A DNA stretch of 64,000 nt from Sphyrna mokarran (taxonomy: Eukaryota): contig JAGIQG010000009.1 in the NCBI GenBank assembly GCA_024679065.1, positions 81,840,001 through 81,904,000 of the forward strand, read 5' to 3'. This document shows positions 10,291 through 23,356 of this stretch, in pieces. A program made the translations under genes and the position numbers. The notes under the pieces were generated by a model that saw nothing but the letters and a program-made list of their open reading frames with translations, did not search any database and was not told the origin of the DNA. Position 1 is the stretch's first letter; every line of letters starts with the position of its first letter.

Positions 10291-11219
10291 TAGTAATCAG
10301 CTGGAATCGCACCCTCGATTGGTCACAACAGGGATCATTTAAAATGGATCCGTTCACCCGTGGGAATCTTACACAGTCCGTGTAGTTTTTCATTAGCCAT
10401 TGAATCCCTACAGTGCAGGAGGAGGATATTCAGTCCATCGACAGAATTATGAGAGACAGAGATCGGGTAGATATGAGGAAACTTTTCCCGTTAATCGCAG
10501 AGGCAGCAGATTTTGAGAGACGTGAGGGAAATCTTTTCACCCGATTCTCCAAAAGAGCTTCTTACCAGGCTCCCTGTAACCCTGCACATTTACCATTGCT
10601 AACCCATCTAAAGAACACACTAGGGGCAATTTAGCATGGCCGATCCATCTAACTGGCAGACTTTTGGAATGTGATATTCCATCTACTCTCGGGTCTGGTC
10701 AGTCAAATATAACCCACATCGGAATTTTCCAGAAGCTGGTCACTTTACATTCTTGGCCATCTTGGAATGTGGAAGGAAACTGGAGCACCCGAAAAAATGT
10801 TTCAACTCACATTCTGTCACATCAGTACCAGTACACACAGCTCAGGTATACAGTTGAATTTTTAACCCATTTCCCTGTTGCTTTCTGAAAGGTAACAAAT
10901 AAACAGGTCCTTCACCCCAGAGTCAGTTCACTTTGAACTCAGACCATTTCCACATTCTGGGATATAACTCAACAGGAGATGGGTTTTGGATGTCTGCTGA
11001 GATGTGACAATCAGACTCCATTGTCTCCGTAACCACAAGAGAATAAAATTTAGTCTTTGTCATTTTTTTCTATCTGCATTTTTATGTTCTGTTTGAAGAA
11101 GTCCCTGACACCTTTCAGGTGAGATATTCCGTCTTCTCTCGGGTCTGGTCTGTCAAATATAATCCACATCGGAATTTTCCAGAAGTTGGTCACTTTACTT
11201 TCTCGGCCATCTTGGCTCA

Positions 11220-12370
11220 GTCAGAGTGTCATAGAGATTTACAGCCCAGAAAGAGGCCCTTCAGCCCATCCTGTCTCTGAGGGCCATCAAGCTCTTAATT
11301 ATTCTAATCGCATTTTCAAACACTTGATCCGTAGCCTTGTGTGCTTTGGAAGTTCAAGTGCTCATCTAAATGCTTCTTAAATGTTGTGAGGGTTCCTGCC
11401 TCCACCACACTTTCAGGCAGTGAGTTCCAGATTCCCAACATCCTCTGAGTGAAAAGGTTTTTCCTCCAATCCCTCAAAATCTTCTGCTTCTGAAATTAAA
11501 TCTAGGCTCCCTGGTTTTTGAATCTACTGCTAAAAGGGGAAAAGTTCCTTTGTATCTGCTCTATGTCTTCATAAATTCTGACCTGCTGCATTATACAGGG
11601 CTTTGGTGAGGCAGCACTGGGAATATTGCGCACAGTTTTGGTCTCCCTATCTCAGGAAGGATATTTTTGCTCTAGAGGAAGTGCAGAGAAGGTATCCCAG
11701 ACAGCTCCTGTTATAATGGGACTGATGTATGAGGAGAGATTGAGTTGGTTAAGACTTATATTCACTGGAGTTCAGAGGAATGAGGAAACAACTCATGGAG
11801 ACTTATAAAATTCTAACAGGTTAGGGGGAATAGTGAGGTAAATACATGGGGTTTATGGGGTAAGAGTTGATGCAGACTCGATGGGCCAAATGGTCTCCGC
11901 CTGCACTTTAGAGATTCTATTGTCCATGTCTGTGCCGGCCATTGAGTATCTATCTTTTCTAATCCCATTTTCCAGCATTTGGTCCGTTGCTTTGTTTGCT
12001 TTGGAATTTCAAGTGCTCATCTAAATGCTTCTTAAATGTTGTGAAGGTTCCCACCTCCACCATCCTTTCAGGCAGTGAGTCCCAGATTCCCAGCACCCTC
12101 TGGGTGAAAATATTTCCCTCAATTCCCTCAGAATCTGCTGCCTCTGTGATTAAGGGGAAAAGTTTCCTCATATCTCCCCTATCCCTGTCCCTTGTAATTC
12201 TGTCTTTCTGCAGTTATACAGGGCCTTGGTGAGATCACACTGGGAATAATGTGTACAGTTTTATCTCCTTATCTGAGAAAGGATGTTTTTTGCAACAGAG
12301 TGCAGCAAAAGATTACCAGAATGAATTCCATGGAATTGATGTTGGAGGAGAGATTACATTGGTTAAGATG
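11220..12370. mobile_element. Mosaic of degenerate CR1 3' fragments in both orientations
   Basis: FTQRVLGIWDSLP (ORF 11959..12171) and LVRxHxEYC remnants; partly duplicated. Confidence 0.65.
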
Positions 12371-12479
12371 ATATCTTTTTAGAAGTTTATTTATTAGTTA
12401 CAAGTAGACTTACATTCACACTGCAATGAAGTCAACATGAAAATCCCCACGTGGCCACATTCCAGCGCCTCTTTCATCC

Positions 12480-13355
12480 AGCTCATTAATATAGATTGTA
12501 CTGTTGAATGCCAACCATTTTCCTTTGTGCCGGGTACAACTCCAACCAGTGGAGAGTTTTCCCCTGATTCCCATTGGCTCCAGTTTTGTGAGGGCTCCTT
12601 GATGCCACACTTGCTGAAATGCTGCCTTGATGTTAAGGACAGTCTCTCTCACCTCACCTCTGGAGTTCAGCTCTTTTGTCCATGTTTGAACCAAGACTGT
12701 AATGAGGTCAGGAGCTGAGTGATCCTGGTGGAACACAAACTGAGTGTCAGTGAGCAGATTATTGCTGAGTAAGTGCTGCTTGGTATCGCTCTGGATATGT
12801 TCAGATCACATTGCTGATAATCGAGAATAGACTGATGGGGTGGTTAATGTGTAGATTGCATTTGTACTGTTTTTTGTGCACAGTTCATAACCAGGTAATT
12901 TATCACAATGTTGTGTTGATGCCAGTGTTGTAGATGTACAGGAACAGCTTAGTTAGGGACACGGAAAGTTCTGGAGCACAAGTCTTCAGGATCTCTGGAG
13001 GAGGTCGAGATGGATCATCCACTCGGAACTTCTGGCTGAAGATTCCTGCAAATGCTTCAGCCTTATCTTTTCTCCTGATGTGCTGGGTTCCTCCATCATT
13101 GAAGATGGGAATATTTGTGGTGCCTCCTCTCCAGTGGATTGTTTAATTGTCCACCATCATTCACGGCTGGATGTGACAGGACTGCAGAGCTTAGATCTGA
13201 TCCATTGGTTGTGGGATGGTTTAACTCTGTCTATCACTTGCTGCTTCTGCTGTTTGGCACACAGTCTCTGTGTTGTAGCTTCACCAGGTTAACACCTCAT
13301 TTTTCAGTCTGTCTGTTGTTGCTCCTGGCATGTCCTCCTGCACTCTTCATTGAAC
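12480..13355 (-). mobile_element. Degenerate CR1-group LINE, same family as 3160-5010
   Basis: ORF 12416..12736 (HSAPDLITVLVQTWTKELNSRGEVR...AAFQQVWHQG); nucleotide match to 3430-3680 and 3975-4240. Confidence 0.75.
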
Positions 13356-13356
13356 T

Positions 13357-13725
13357 GAAAGCGGTAGAGAATCCACAGAAACAGACTGATGCTTCAAATC
13401 CCACTCCTGATACTTGAGCACATCATCCAGGCTGAGATTGTAGTGCACTATTGAAGGAGTGCTGCACTGTCAGAGGTGCCGTCTTTCAGATGAGACAAAC
13501 AGATATCTGCCCTCTCAGGGGGTGTGAAAGATCCCATGGTACTATTGGAAGAAGAGCAGGGGAGTTCACCCCGGTGAACTGGTCAATATTCATCCCTCAA
13601 TCAATATCGCTACAAACCTGCTTATCTGTTCATTGTCACTCTGCTCCCTGGGATCTTGCTGTGCACAATGAGCTGTAAAACACATTGGGACATCCTGAGC
13701 TGGTGACAGGTGCTATACAAATGTA
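13357..13725 (+). mobile_element. Deu-domain SINE (SacSINE1/AmnSINE1-related)
   Basis: gtgctgcactgtcagaggtgccgtctttcagatgagac...tctgccctctcagg...aaagatcccatgg...gaagaagagcaggggagttc matches the Deu central domain as I recall it. Confidence 0.75.
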
Positions 13726-14249
13726 ATTCTGTCTGTGAGGTTGGAGATTCCTGATCCTGACTCTCTCCCATTGATAAGATAAAAGCACCCTCCAGAATTC
13801 ATGGGGTCATTCGGAGCAGTGACCCTGTCTGACCCCTGGACACTGAGACTAATTCTAGCCTCACCCTTGACCTCAGCCCAATGCTGGACAGTAAGGTTTG
13901 AAATGAAATCTAGAAGCTTCTACACCAGCCAGTGGGAATCCTGTGTGAAGTGTGTTGATCCAAGTCTGCTCCAATGTTCTGGGATAAAGTTCTCCTGATC
14001 TGTGTGTGATCTGAGGTTTGTTGATGCTCAACCTGTTTCCCCCAGACAGACTGAGCAATAGTTCCAGCTTCCTGATTGGTTAACAGTCTCTTAAAGGGAC
14101 ACTGTGTCTTTAAATACTCTATTAACCATTTCAGTGCTGAATTTGTAGTAACTGTCTTTACAAATGTTTCAGTAACATTGCAAAATGATTTAACCAGCTT
14201 CAACTCAAACCTTTACCCTCAGACATTGAACTAATTTGAATTATAATGT

Positions 14250-15080
14250 GCCACTTTCCATTGGATTCCATCAGCTTTTAATTTTAAAAAGCATTATCCA
14301 TCTTCCAGTCCACCTACACTAACACCTATACCCAGAGAGGATTGGAAAATAATGGTCAGAGTCTCTGCTATTTCTTCCCTTGCTTCCCTTCACATCCTGG
14401 GATATATTTCACCCGGCCCTGGGAATTTCTCCATTTTAAAAGATGATAAACACATTAATACCTCCTCGCTCACCATCATTATCCCATTAATTATTTCACA
14501 ATCCCTCCCCTCCTGAACCTACAATGTCAGCTTTGACCCTCTCATTTGTGATATCCAATGTAAATTATTCATTAAGAACATCTCCTTGTTTTCTCCCTCC
14601 ACACACAAGTTACCTTTTTGCTCTCTAATCAGCCCTATTTAATCCTTAGTTATTCTCTTTGCAATGTCCCACGCTATTGCTTGATGAACATATATGTCCT
14701 GAACTCTATCTCCAGCTCGAATATCCTCCCACTGCTCTGACACTGATTTACCTTCAAGTCACTGTTTCCTGTCCATTTTGGCAAATTCCAGTTTAGTGAA
14801 ATTGACCTTTTCCCATTTAAAACGTTTACTCTTGATCGATCTTTCCCCTTTTCCGGAGCTACTCTAAATCTATTATGATCATTATTACCCAAATGCTCTC
14901 TCACTGATACACCTTCCACATGCTGAGTTTCATTCTCTAAAACTGCTAAAACTGCCTCTTCTCTTGTTGGGATTGTTCCGTACTGGTTAAAAAAGTTCCC
15001 CTCGAATGGATTTTCAGAATTCTGCAACATCAAAACATTGACACTGATTTGATCCCAGTTAATATTCGGGATGTTGAAAG
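14250..15080 (-). mobile_element. Old CR1 LINE fragment (endonuclease/tether region)
   Basis: ORF 14674..15138: FNIPNINW, NQY..PTREEAVL, EHLGNNDHN. Confidence 0.7.
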
Positions 15081-15123
15081 CCTGAAAATGGCAGTGATTA
15101 AAATTCCTTCTCTTCTCTTTCAG

Positions 15124-15452
15124 CCCGTGAGAATTCACAACCCACGCTGACCCTGCTGCCCCCCTCCCCGGAGGAGGTCAAGACCAAGGGCACTGCCACC
15201 CTGGTGTGCCTTGCCAATCACTTCTATCCCGATGAGGTGGAGGTGAAGTGGAAGAAGGACGGTGCAGCCATTTCCAACGGGGTTCAGACCAGCAACTACC
15301 TGCGAGCTTCGGACAACACCTACAGCGTCAGCAGCCTGCTGACCCTCTCTGGCTCCGACTGGGAGTCCAACGCTCGCTTCTCCTGTGCCCTCACCCATGT
15401 GAGCCTCTCCTCTCCCCTCAGCAAGAGCGTCAGGAGTTCAGAATGTGCCTAG
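15124..15452 (+). CDS. IGKC: Ig kappa-type (NS4-like) light-chain constant exon, intact
   Basis: Pyrimidine tract + cag acceptor (15123); (T)RENSQPTLTLLPPSPEEVKTKGTATLVCLANHFYPDEVEVKWKKDG...YSVSSLLTLSGSDWESNARFSCALTHVSLSSPLSKSVRSSECA*; C1-set Cys/Trp and the C-terminal interchain Cys. Confidence 0.96.
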
Positions 15453-15874
15453 AGTGTTAGAGACAGTCCACAGAGGAGACACAACTTGGAATAGAACAGG
15501 GGTGAGCTGGAAGGATAAAGGTAACTGTCAGCATTGAATTACAATTCTCTTCCTTCCTGGGACTGGGTCTGAGATACTTCTGAGGGTCTGGAATTAATGA
15601 ACATTGTTGGGATATTGTAAAGAGAGCTTTACTCTGTATCTAACCCATGTTGTTCCTGTGCTGGGAGGGTTTGATGAGGACAGTGCACATTTGTGACAAC
15701 CTCTCAAAGATGCTGAAAACTGCCAGCTGTACAAAAATAATGTGACCCTCTGAAGTATCTGCTTTAGTAAACCAGACCTCCTTCCTGCTCATCCTGCAGT
15801 TACAATTGAAGCTTTAGTCACTGTTTAAAGGGACAGGATTCTCATGTTATTGAGAAAATCTCCACAAGCGTTTT

Positions 15875-15976
15875 AATAAACCTCCATTCTCCCTGTGAAT
15901 TTCTCCAGCTTCCTCTGGCTGGACTGTTTATTCAAGTCTTTTTTTCTGTCAATGTCAATGTGTAAAAGGTAATAAA
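15875..15976 (+). terminator. Candidate polyadenylation signals of the Ig light-chain gene
   Basis: AATAAA at 15875-15880 and 15971-15976, the latter followed by GT-rich sequence. Confidence 0.65.
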
Positions 15977-16080
15977 CATTAAGAATATTCAGTATATGTC
16001 TGGTGAGTGCTTTGGAAATGTCCCACCTCCCCATCAGCTGATTGGATACATTTCAACAAGTGATTATGAGTTATGATTAT

Positions 16081-16330
16081 GGTATGAGTTATAGGACGGA
16101 TATCAGAGGTAGGTTCTTTACTCAAAGAGTGATTAGGGAGTGGAATGCCCTGCCTGCAGCTGTTGTAGATGCGCCAAGTTTGGTGGCGTTTAAGAGGTTA
16201 GTTGATAAGTATATGGATGAGAAGGGAATGGTTTAGTTAGGAGGGGCATTGCTTTTTATTTTGGTCGGCACAACATCGAAGGCCGAAGGGCCTGTTCTGT
16301 GCTGTATTGTTCTATGTTCTATGTTCTATG
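16081..16330 (+). mobile_element. Short young CR1 3' end
   Basis: Near-identical to 8943-9198; (ctatgtt)n tail; tgatt on both flanks as a possible target-site duplication. Confidence 0.9.
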
Positions 16331-16819
16331 ATTGTCCTGATTGGTTGTTTGGACTGTCAATCAATGACACATTAGCAGAAGATTGGATTCAAATCCAATG
16401 GTCAATCATTTGAAAATGATCAGTTTGATTTGGAATCTCTTGAGTGACAAGATTGAAAACAGAAAAGAAACTGGAAGTTGCTGGGATTAAACCACCACTA
16501 TCATAATTTTCTATCCCATATTCACCACATTCCCCCTTGACACTACCATCGGACGCGGTCTCACTGCTCCCATAGTTTCAATCAGAGATAAGAACATGTC
16601 TGAACACTTCCTTCTATCACTCCCCAGCCTTATCACCCTTCCACATCCCAACCCTATTACTTTCTATATCCATCCCTGCAAAAGCTTATTCCCCAATTCA
16701 CTTACAACTGCATTTCCCAAACCCCAGCTATCTAGTCTCGGGCCCTCCACTGTCAACACCTTAAGTATCCTTTGCCAGTTTATCTTGGTCAATGTGCATG
16801 TCTCATATCATCAAAGTTA

Positions 16820-18335
16820 GCTTTCCTTAAGTTCAGGACCCTAGTCTCAGATTTAACTATGTTACTACTATTTTATGGTCATTGTTCCCCTAAGGATTTC
16901 ACACTATAAGATTGTTAATTAATCTCTCTCATTGTGCAATACCCATTCTCTGTTGACCTGATGTCTAGTTTGTTCCTTGACATATTGGTCGAGAAAATCA
17001 TCCCTTGTACATTCCAGGAAATCCTCCTCTATCCCATTGCTACCAATTTAATGAGCCCAATCAATATGCAGATTGAAGTCACACATAATTACTGCTGCAC
17101 CCTTACTGAATGCATCTCTAATTTCCTGCTTGATGCCATTCCCAATCTCACTACTACTGTTTGGTGGAATGTACACAACTCCCACTAGTGCTTTTATCCT
17201 TTAGTGTTCTGCAGCTTCACCCACATAGATTCCAATTTTCCCAGGCTAATATTCTTTCTTACTATTGTGTTAATGTCCTCTTTAACCAGCAACACTACCC
17301 CACCTCCCTTTTCTTTCTATCTATCTCTCCTGAATATTGAATAACCCTGGATTTTGAGTTCCTATCCTTGGTCATCCTCTCTGTCATATCCATTAATGAA
17401 TGTCTGTGCAGTTAATTCATCTACCTTATCACAAATGCTTCTTGTGTTGAGACATAGACCCTTCAGGCTTTTTTTTTTGGCATTTATTGCCCCCTTAGAA
17501 TTATGATTTTTCCTTTTTCGATTTTTGTGTTTGGTTTCTCTACCTTCCACTTTTTCCCTGACTGCCTTTTGTTTCTGTTCCCAGTTTACTTCCCTCTGAC
17601 TTCCTGCTTCAGATCCCATCCCTCTGTCACATTAGTTTAAACCCTCCCCAATAGCACTAACACCCCCTAGGAGTGGGTCCGGTCCTGTTTAGGTGCAGAC
17701 CATTCAATTTGTACCGGTCCTATCTCCCCAGAACTATCCCAGGAATTTGAATCCCTCCCTCTTGGACAATCTGTCAAATCATGTATTCATCTTAGTTGTC
17801 CTGATATCCCGACCCTGACTAGCACACATCACTGGTAGCAATCCTGAGATTATAATTTGAAGTCCTACTTTTTAGTTTAACTCCTAACCTCCTAAATTCA
17901 GTTTGTAGATCTCATCCCATTCTTTACCTATAACATTAGTGCCTATACATATTGCCCAGATGGCTGCTCACCCTCCCCCCTACCTCCAGAGTACCCTGCA
18001 GCCGCTCCGAGACATCTTTGACCCTTGAATCAGGGAGGCAATATATCATCCTGAAGTTTTGTTTGCATCCACAGAAATGCTTGGCTATTCTCCTCTCAGG
18101 TGATACCCTATTATGGGTATGGGCAACTTCCCTCCACCTCCCCCCCCCACCCCCACAGGCATCCTATAACATCCTGGGATACACTTCATCTGGTCCCGGG
18201 GATTTATCTACCTTGTTGTGCTTTAAGGCGTCTCGTACCTCCTTCTCTGTAACACGTACACTTTTCAAGACATCACTCTTCATTTCCCCATAATGGTTAT
18301 TTAGTTCCACAATAGCCATGCCTTTCTCAACAGTA
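16820..18335 (-). mobile_element. Old CR1 LINE remnants (ORF1 esterase-like, endonuclease and RT-proximal pieces)
   Basis: GLHLN-like motif near 17690, CLNTRSICDKVDEL (ORF 17362..17619), DKSPGPDEVYPRML (ORF 18164..18409). Confidence 0.7.
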
Positions 18336-18530
18336 ACATCAGTGATGGGCAAGCTCCCAAGATTAATCATCACATAGAAAAATATGAGTTGATTTGGAAA
18401 AGTCGACACGGATTTCTAAAGGGGAAATCATTTTCAATTAACTTGCTGCAGTCTTTCAGGCAGGTAACAGAAAGGGTAGCGCTGTTGAAATGGTGTACCT
18501 AGACTTTCAATAGGCATTAAATACAGTGCC

Positions 18531-19420
18531 TGTGACAAATGCTCATTCACCGGTTTAGGGAAAACACAACTCGTTTATTTAAAAGTTAAAACTATACAGA
18601 AGCTTTCAGCCTCATGGCTACAAACAGCTTCCAAGATGACTCTGAGTGCACAAGCCAGGGTGATCCCCTACCCTGCTCCCAGATTAGTTTCCCAGCTAAT
18701 ATCATTATTATTCTGCTTAAATCCTTAAGATCCCTAAAAGGACACATCCCTCTCCCTCTAAATCCTTTTGTACAAATGTCAATACATAATTTACATAGTC
18801 CAAGATAATTAAACTTTTATTACATGAATTGCATTAATTATAAATTAAGTCTTTCAGTTGGTTTCCAAATTCTTATGAAGCGGTTTCATTCCTCTATCTG
18901 GAGCATTTCTAAAACTACAATAACAGGAGCCCCCTCAGGCACAGGCAGTTCAGTTTTATCCATTTCCATGGAGATCTCAGTTGTATCTGCCACAGGATGA
19001 CCAGGTACTCCAGTACTTGGATAGTCACAACATTTCCTGATGGCAATATAGATACAGATGGCATTACCAGTTGCTGGGGTGACTTGTCTTTTCTCAAATG
19101 GTCTGTGTGTTTTCAGATGACCTTCCTTCTATGTCCACTTGATAATACAGAGGCTCAGTTTTAGAGACAATGATTCCAGGGATTCAACATGACCCACTAC
19201 CAAAATTCCTCACAGACACAGCGTCATCCATCATAAACAGTTGTCTTGACTGACAGGAATCATGACTTGCCCTCTAACTGCTTTGGGTGGTCTCTATCCT
19301 ACCCAGCAAGCTTGGAAATACATTCTGTTCTGAAATGATTGTTCATTAATAACTACGCTGGCAGGACTCATAGCTAAGAAGGAATCATGAGATTCTGGTC
19401 TCCTGGGTTTTTCCTGACTG
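18531..19420 (-). mobile_element. Degenerate Ty3/Gypsy 3' end (integrase C-terminus and probable LTR)
   Basis: Reverse strand reads IPGIIVSKTEPLYYQVDIEG, similar to Gypsy integrase C-termini; AATAAA and terminal CA near 18531-18580. Confidence 0.4.
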
Positions 19421-19921
19421 CTTCTTTAGACCAAACGGAAAGGTTTGGATTGTTCATTCAACAAGACTATTGGATGCTGGGTGGTAAGGCGCAGTCCTAA
19501 TGTGCTTGATAGAATTGAGCGTGGTGAAGTTTTAAAACTCAACACTTGTGAATACCGTTCCATTATCAGACACTGAATTCGTGTATTCCGTAGGTGGAAG
19601 GAGCTGGAGCCAAAGATGGGAACTGGCAGAAAAAAAAACCTCTTGAAATGCAAACGTGCCATTGGTGTTTTCAGGTGGGACACTTTCCACATGAATGTTG
19701 GAGCAGAGAATGTAAGCTGTGGCAAGAAAAGCCATATAACAAAGGGATGTTAGAAACAGCAGATTTCCCAAACCCTGAAGCAGCGCTAACAAAACAACAT
19801 GTTAAGAATTAAAGAAGGGTCTCTAAAAGGTCTGATGAAGGAAAAAATTTCCAAGATGATACTTGACTAAAGAAGATCTAAGAACTAAAAATGTGTCCCA
19901 TTGATCTTTCAACAGCTTTCA

Positions 19922-20402
19922 AGCTACTGAAAGGGTGCAGAGGAGATTTACAAGGATGTTGCCTGGATTGAGTGGCATGCCTTATGAGGATAGGTTGAGA
20001 GAGCTAGGTCTTTTCTCCTTGGAGAGACGAAGGATGAGGGGTGACCTGATAGAGGTTTATAAGATGTTGAGAGGAATAGATCGGTTGGCTTCTCAGAGGC
20101 TTTTTCCCAGGGCTGAAATGGTTGCTACAAGAGGACGCAGATTTAAGATGCTGGGGAGTAGGTGTAGAGGAAATGTCAGGGGTAAGTTTTTCACTCAGAG
20201 GGTGGTGGATGAGTGGAATTGTCTGCCGTGTGTGGTGGTGGAGGCAAAATCGATGGGATCTTTTAAGAGACTTCTGGAGGAGTACATGGGACTTAATAGG
20301 ATTGAGGGTTATAGGTAAGCCAGTAAGTAGGGATATGATTGGCACAACTTGTGGGCCAAAGGGCCTGTTTGTGCTGTAGTTTTTTTATGTTCTATATTCT
20401 AT
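19922..20402 (+). mobile_element. 5'-truncated CR1 inserted in the Gypsy element
   Basis: ORF 19935..20318 [13 protein letters not shown]...; tail atgttctatattcta. Confidence 0.9.
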
Positions 20403-21074
20403 TATAAAGGAGACATAAAAGATTCTTGGTTTATCCAAAGTTAGATAGAAATGAAGTAAAGCTGGAACTAGATATGAGAGCAGCTCTATTACTTCTTCCA
20501 GAAAGCACATTCAACCAGAAGTTTAAACATTTTTCACTAAAACCTTCAAATGTAATCTTGCAGGTTTAAACTGAGGAGGTAGTTGCACTCAAGTGATATG
20601 TCATGGTTCAAGCAGAAGTAATGGTCGATCAGAAGAATTGTCTCTGCACATATTAAAGGGAAATTTTCCTCCGCTGTTTGGAAGAGCGTGGTTACACAAA
20701 ATCAAGCTAAACTGGGGAGAATTAACCAATTGGTTGACGGCAAGAACATGCTGCAAAAACTTATGGAGAAGTTTAGAAAGATATTTGAGAATACACTATT
20801 GATCCATGACTGGAGTGGATGCAAAGCTCAAGATCAAACTTGATAGCAATCCTAGATGTTTCAAAGCAAGAACTTGCCTTATGCAATTGAACTAAAGGTA
20901 GAAGTGGAACTAGAGAAATTAGTCAAGGATGAAGTGATTGAACCTGTAATGATGAGCAATTGGGCAAACCCAATCACCCCAGTAATTTTGCATCTGTAGG
21001 GACTTTAAGACAACCATAAATCCAGTTCCGTGTGTCAGCAGTAATCTTTATCATTAATCAAGGATCTTTTTCAT

Positions 21075-21390
21075 TGAATCATAGAAACCCTACAGTGCAG
21101 AAGGAGGCCATTTAGCCCATTGAATCTGCACCAACAACAATCCCCATTACCCCACATATTGACCCCGCTAATTCCTCTAACTTATGCATCCCAGGATTCT
21201 AAGGTGCAACTTAACATGGCCAATCAACCTAAGCCATGCATCTTTGGAGTGTGGGAGGGAATAGGACCATCCGGAGGAAACTCACACAGACACAGAGAGA
21301 ATGTGCATAGAGAGTGATCCAAGCTGGGAATCGAACCCGGGTCCCTGGTGTTGTAAGGCAGCAGGACTAATCACTGTACCACTGTGCCAC
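21075..21390 (-). mobile_element. HE1-like tRNA-derived SINE
   Basis: Reverse strand gtggcacagtggtacagtgattag...ccagggacccgggttcgattccc; CR1-like 3' tail. Confidence 0.8.
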
Positions 21391-22444
21391 TCTGGTTATT
21401 TTCTGGATGGTCTGGTAGTCAGCAATTCAGCAAGATAGACTTGCCCCAACTTTATCTCTAAACAAGGTGGCAGCTGAAATGCAAATACTGCTAATGATTA
21501 GTACCTAGAAGAGATTGTTCCAATATAAATGTCTAATGTTCTGAAGAACATTAACATTGACCATATTCCAGAAATGAATGGACCAAATATTAAGAGGATT
21601 CAACAGTGTCCAGCGTTATTTAGATGATGTTCTATTCACAGGCAAAGATGAACAGGTTCACTTACAAAACTTAGAGGAAGTTCAGGAGCCTCTGGAGACA
21701 TACAACCTGGTGTGAATTATTGAGATCACGTAATAGATAACCTCCACAAACAACCTAAGAGAGTGACAGCAATCCCAAATGTACCAAGACCACAGAATGT
21801 GTAAGAGCTGCAATCATTTTTAGGACAGAACAATTATTATGGGAAGGTCATCCCAAACGTTTCAGCAATACTAAAGCCACTTCATACTTTGTGCACTAAC
21901 CAGCAATAAAATTGGACAAAGGAGTGTGAAAGTGTATATAAAGAAGTTAAATACATGCTCAAGCAGTTGAGGGTATTGCTCCACTTTAACACAGAGTTGA
22001 TAATTCAAACTGCATGTGATGCAATGCTTACATAATGGTAAGTGGGCCAATAGCATTTATATCATGAACATTATCAAGCTTGGAACAAAATTATGCACTA
22101 TTTGAGAAAGAAGCACTCAGCATGATTTTTGGCATTAAATTATTTCAACAGTACTATCGGATTTAAGCAAAGGCTAGTACACTCACTGAAACATGCCATC
22201 AAAACATCAAAAGGTTCACTATCCGGGAGGGGAAACAACTTTCTCACGTCCTAAAGGAACACATGTCATGTTACCACACAAAATTCACTGACAGTGCTCC
22301 CGAGAAGGAAACTGAAAACTAAATTCAATCTATTTGCACCACCTGACATTACTACATTGGCAAAGCAACAACAACAACAAGCACAAGTTATGCACTGTGA
22401 ACAAACATCAAAATTGAGGGGTTTTAAACGAGGAGAAAGAGTTT

Positions 22445-23356
22445 TACATAGAACATAGAACATTACAGCACAGAACAGGCCCTTCGGCCTTCGATGTTGC
22501 GCTGACCAATATAAAAAGCAATGCCCCTCCAAACTAAACCATTCCCTTCTCTTCCATATACTTATCAACTAACCTCTTAAATGCCACCAAACTTGGCACA
22601 TCTACAACTGCTGCAGGAAGGGCATTCCACTCCCGAACCACCCTTTGGGTAAAGAACCTACCTCTGATATCCGTCCTATAACTATCACCCCTTAATTTAA
22701 AGCTGTGTCCCCCTCGTGCTAGCTTTCTCCATCCTAGGAAAAAGGCTATCACTGTCCACCCTATCTAAACCTCTAATCATCTTATATGTTTCAATAAGGT
22801 CTCCTCTTAGCCGCCTTCTTTCTAACGAAAACAACCTCAAATCCTCAGCCTCTCTTCATAAGACCTGCCCTCCATACCAGGCAACATCCTGGTAAACCTC
22901 CTCTGTACCCTCTCCAATGCCTCCACGTCTTTTCTTATAATGCGGGGACCAGAACTGCACACAATACTCCAAGTGCGGCCGCACTAGAGTTTTGTACAGT
23001 TGCAACATGACGTTGCGGCTCCGAAATTCAATCCCCCTACCAATAAAAGCTAAGACTCCATATGCATTCTTAACAACCTTCTCGACTTGACTGCCTACTT
23101 TCAGGGATCTATGCACATACACACCAAGATCCCTCTGTTCATCAAGACTACTAAGAATCCTACCATTAGCCCTATACTCTACACATTTATTATTCCTGCC
23201 ATAGTGCATTACCTCACACTTTTCCACATTAAACTTCATTTGCCACCTCTCGGCCCAGCTCTGCAACTTGTCCAAGTCCCTCTGCAAACTATAACACCCC
23301 TCTTCACTATCTACCACTCCACTGACTTTAGTGTCATCTGCAAATTTACTAATCCT
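22445..23356 (-). mobile_element. Young 5'-truncated CR1 LINE
   Basis: ORFs 22856..23371 and 22534..22752: SKFADDTK...[15 protein letters not shown]; highly similar to 36965-37380 and 38731-39229. Confidence 0.93.
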
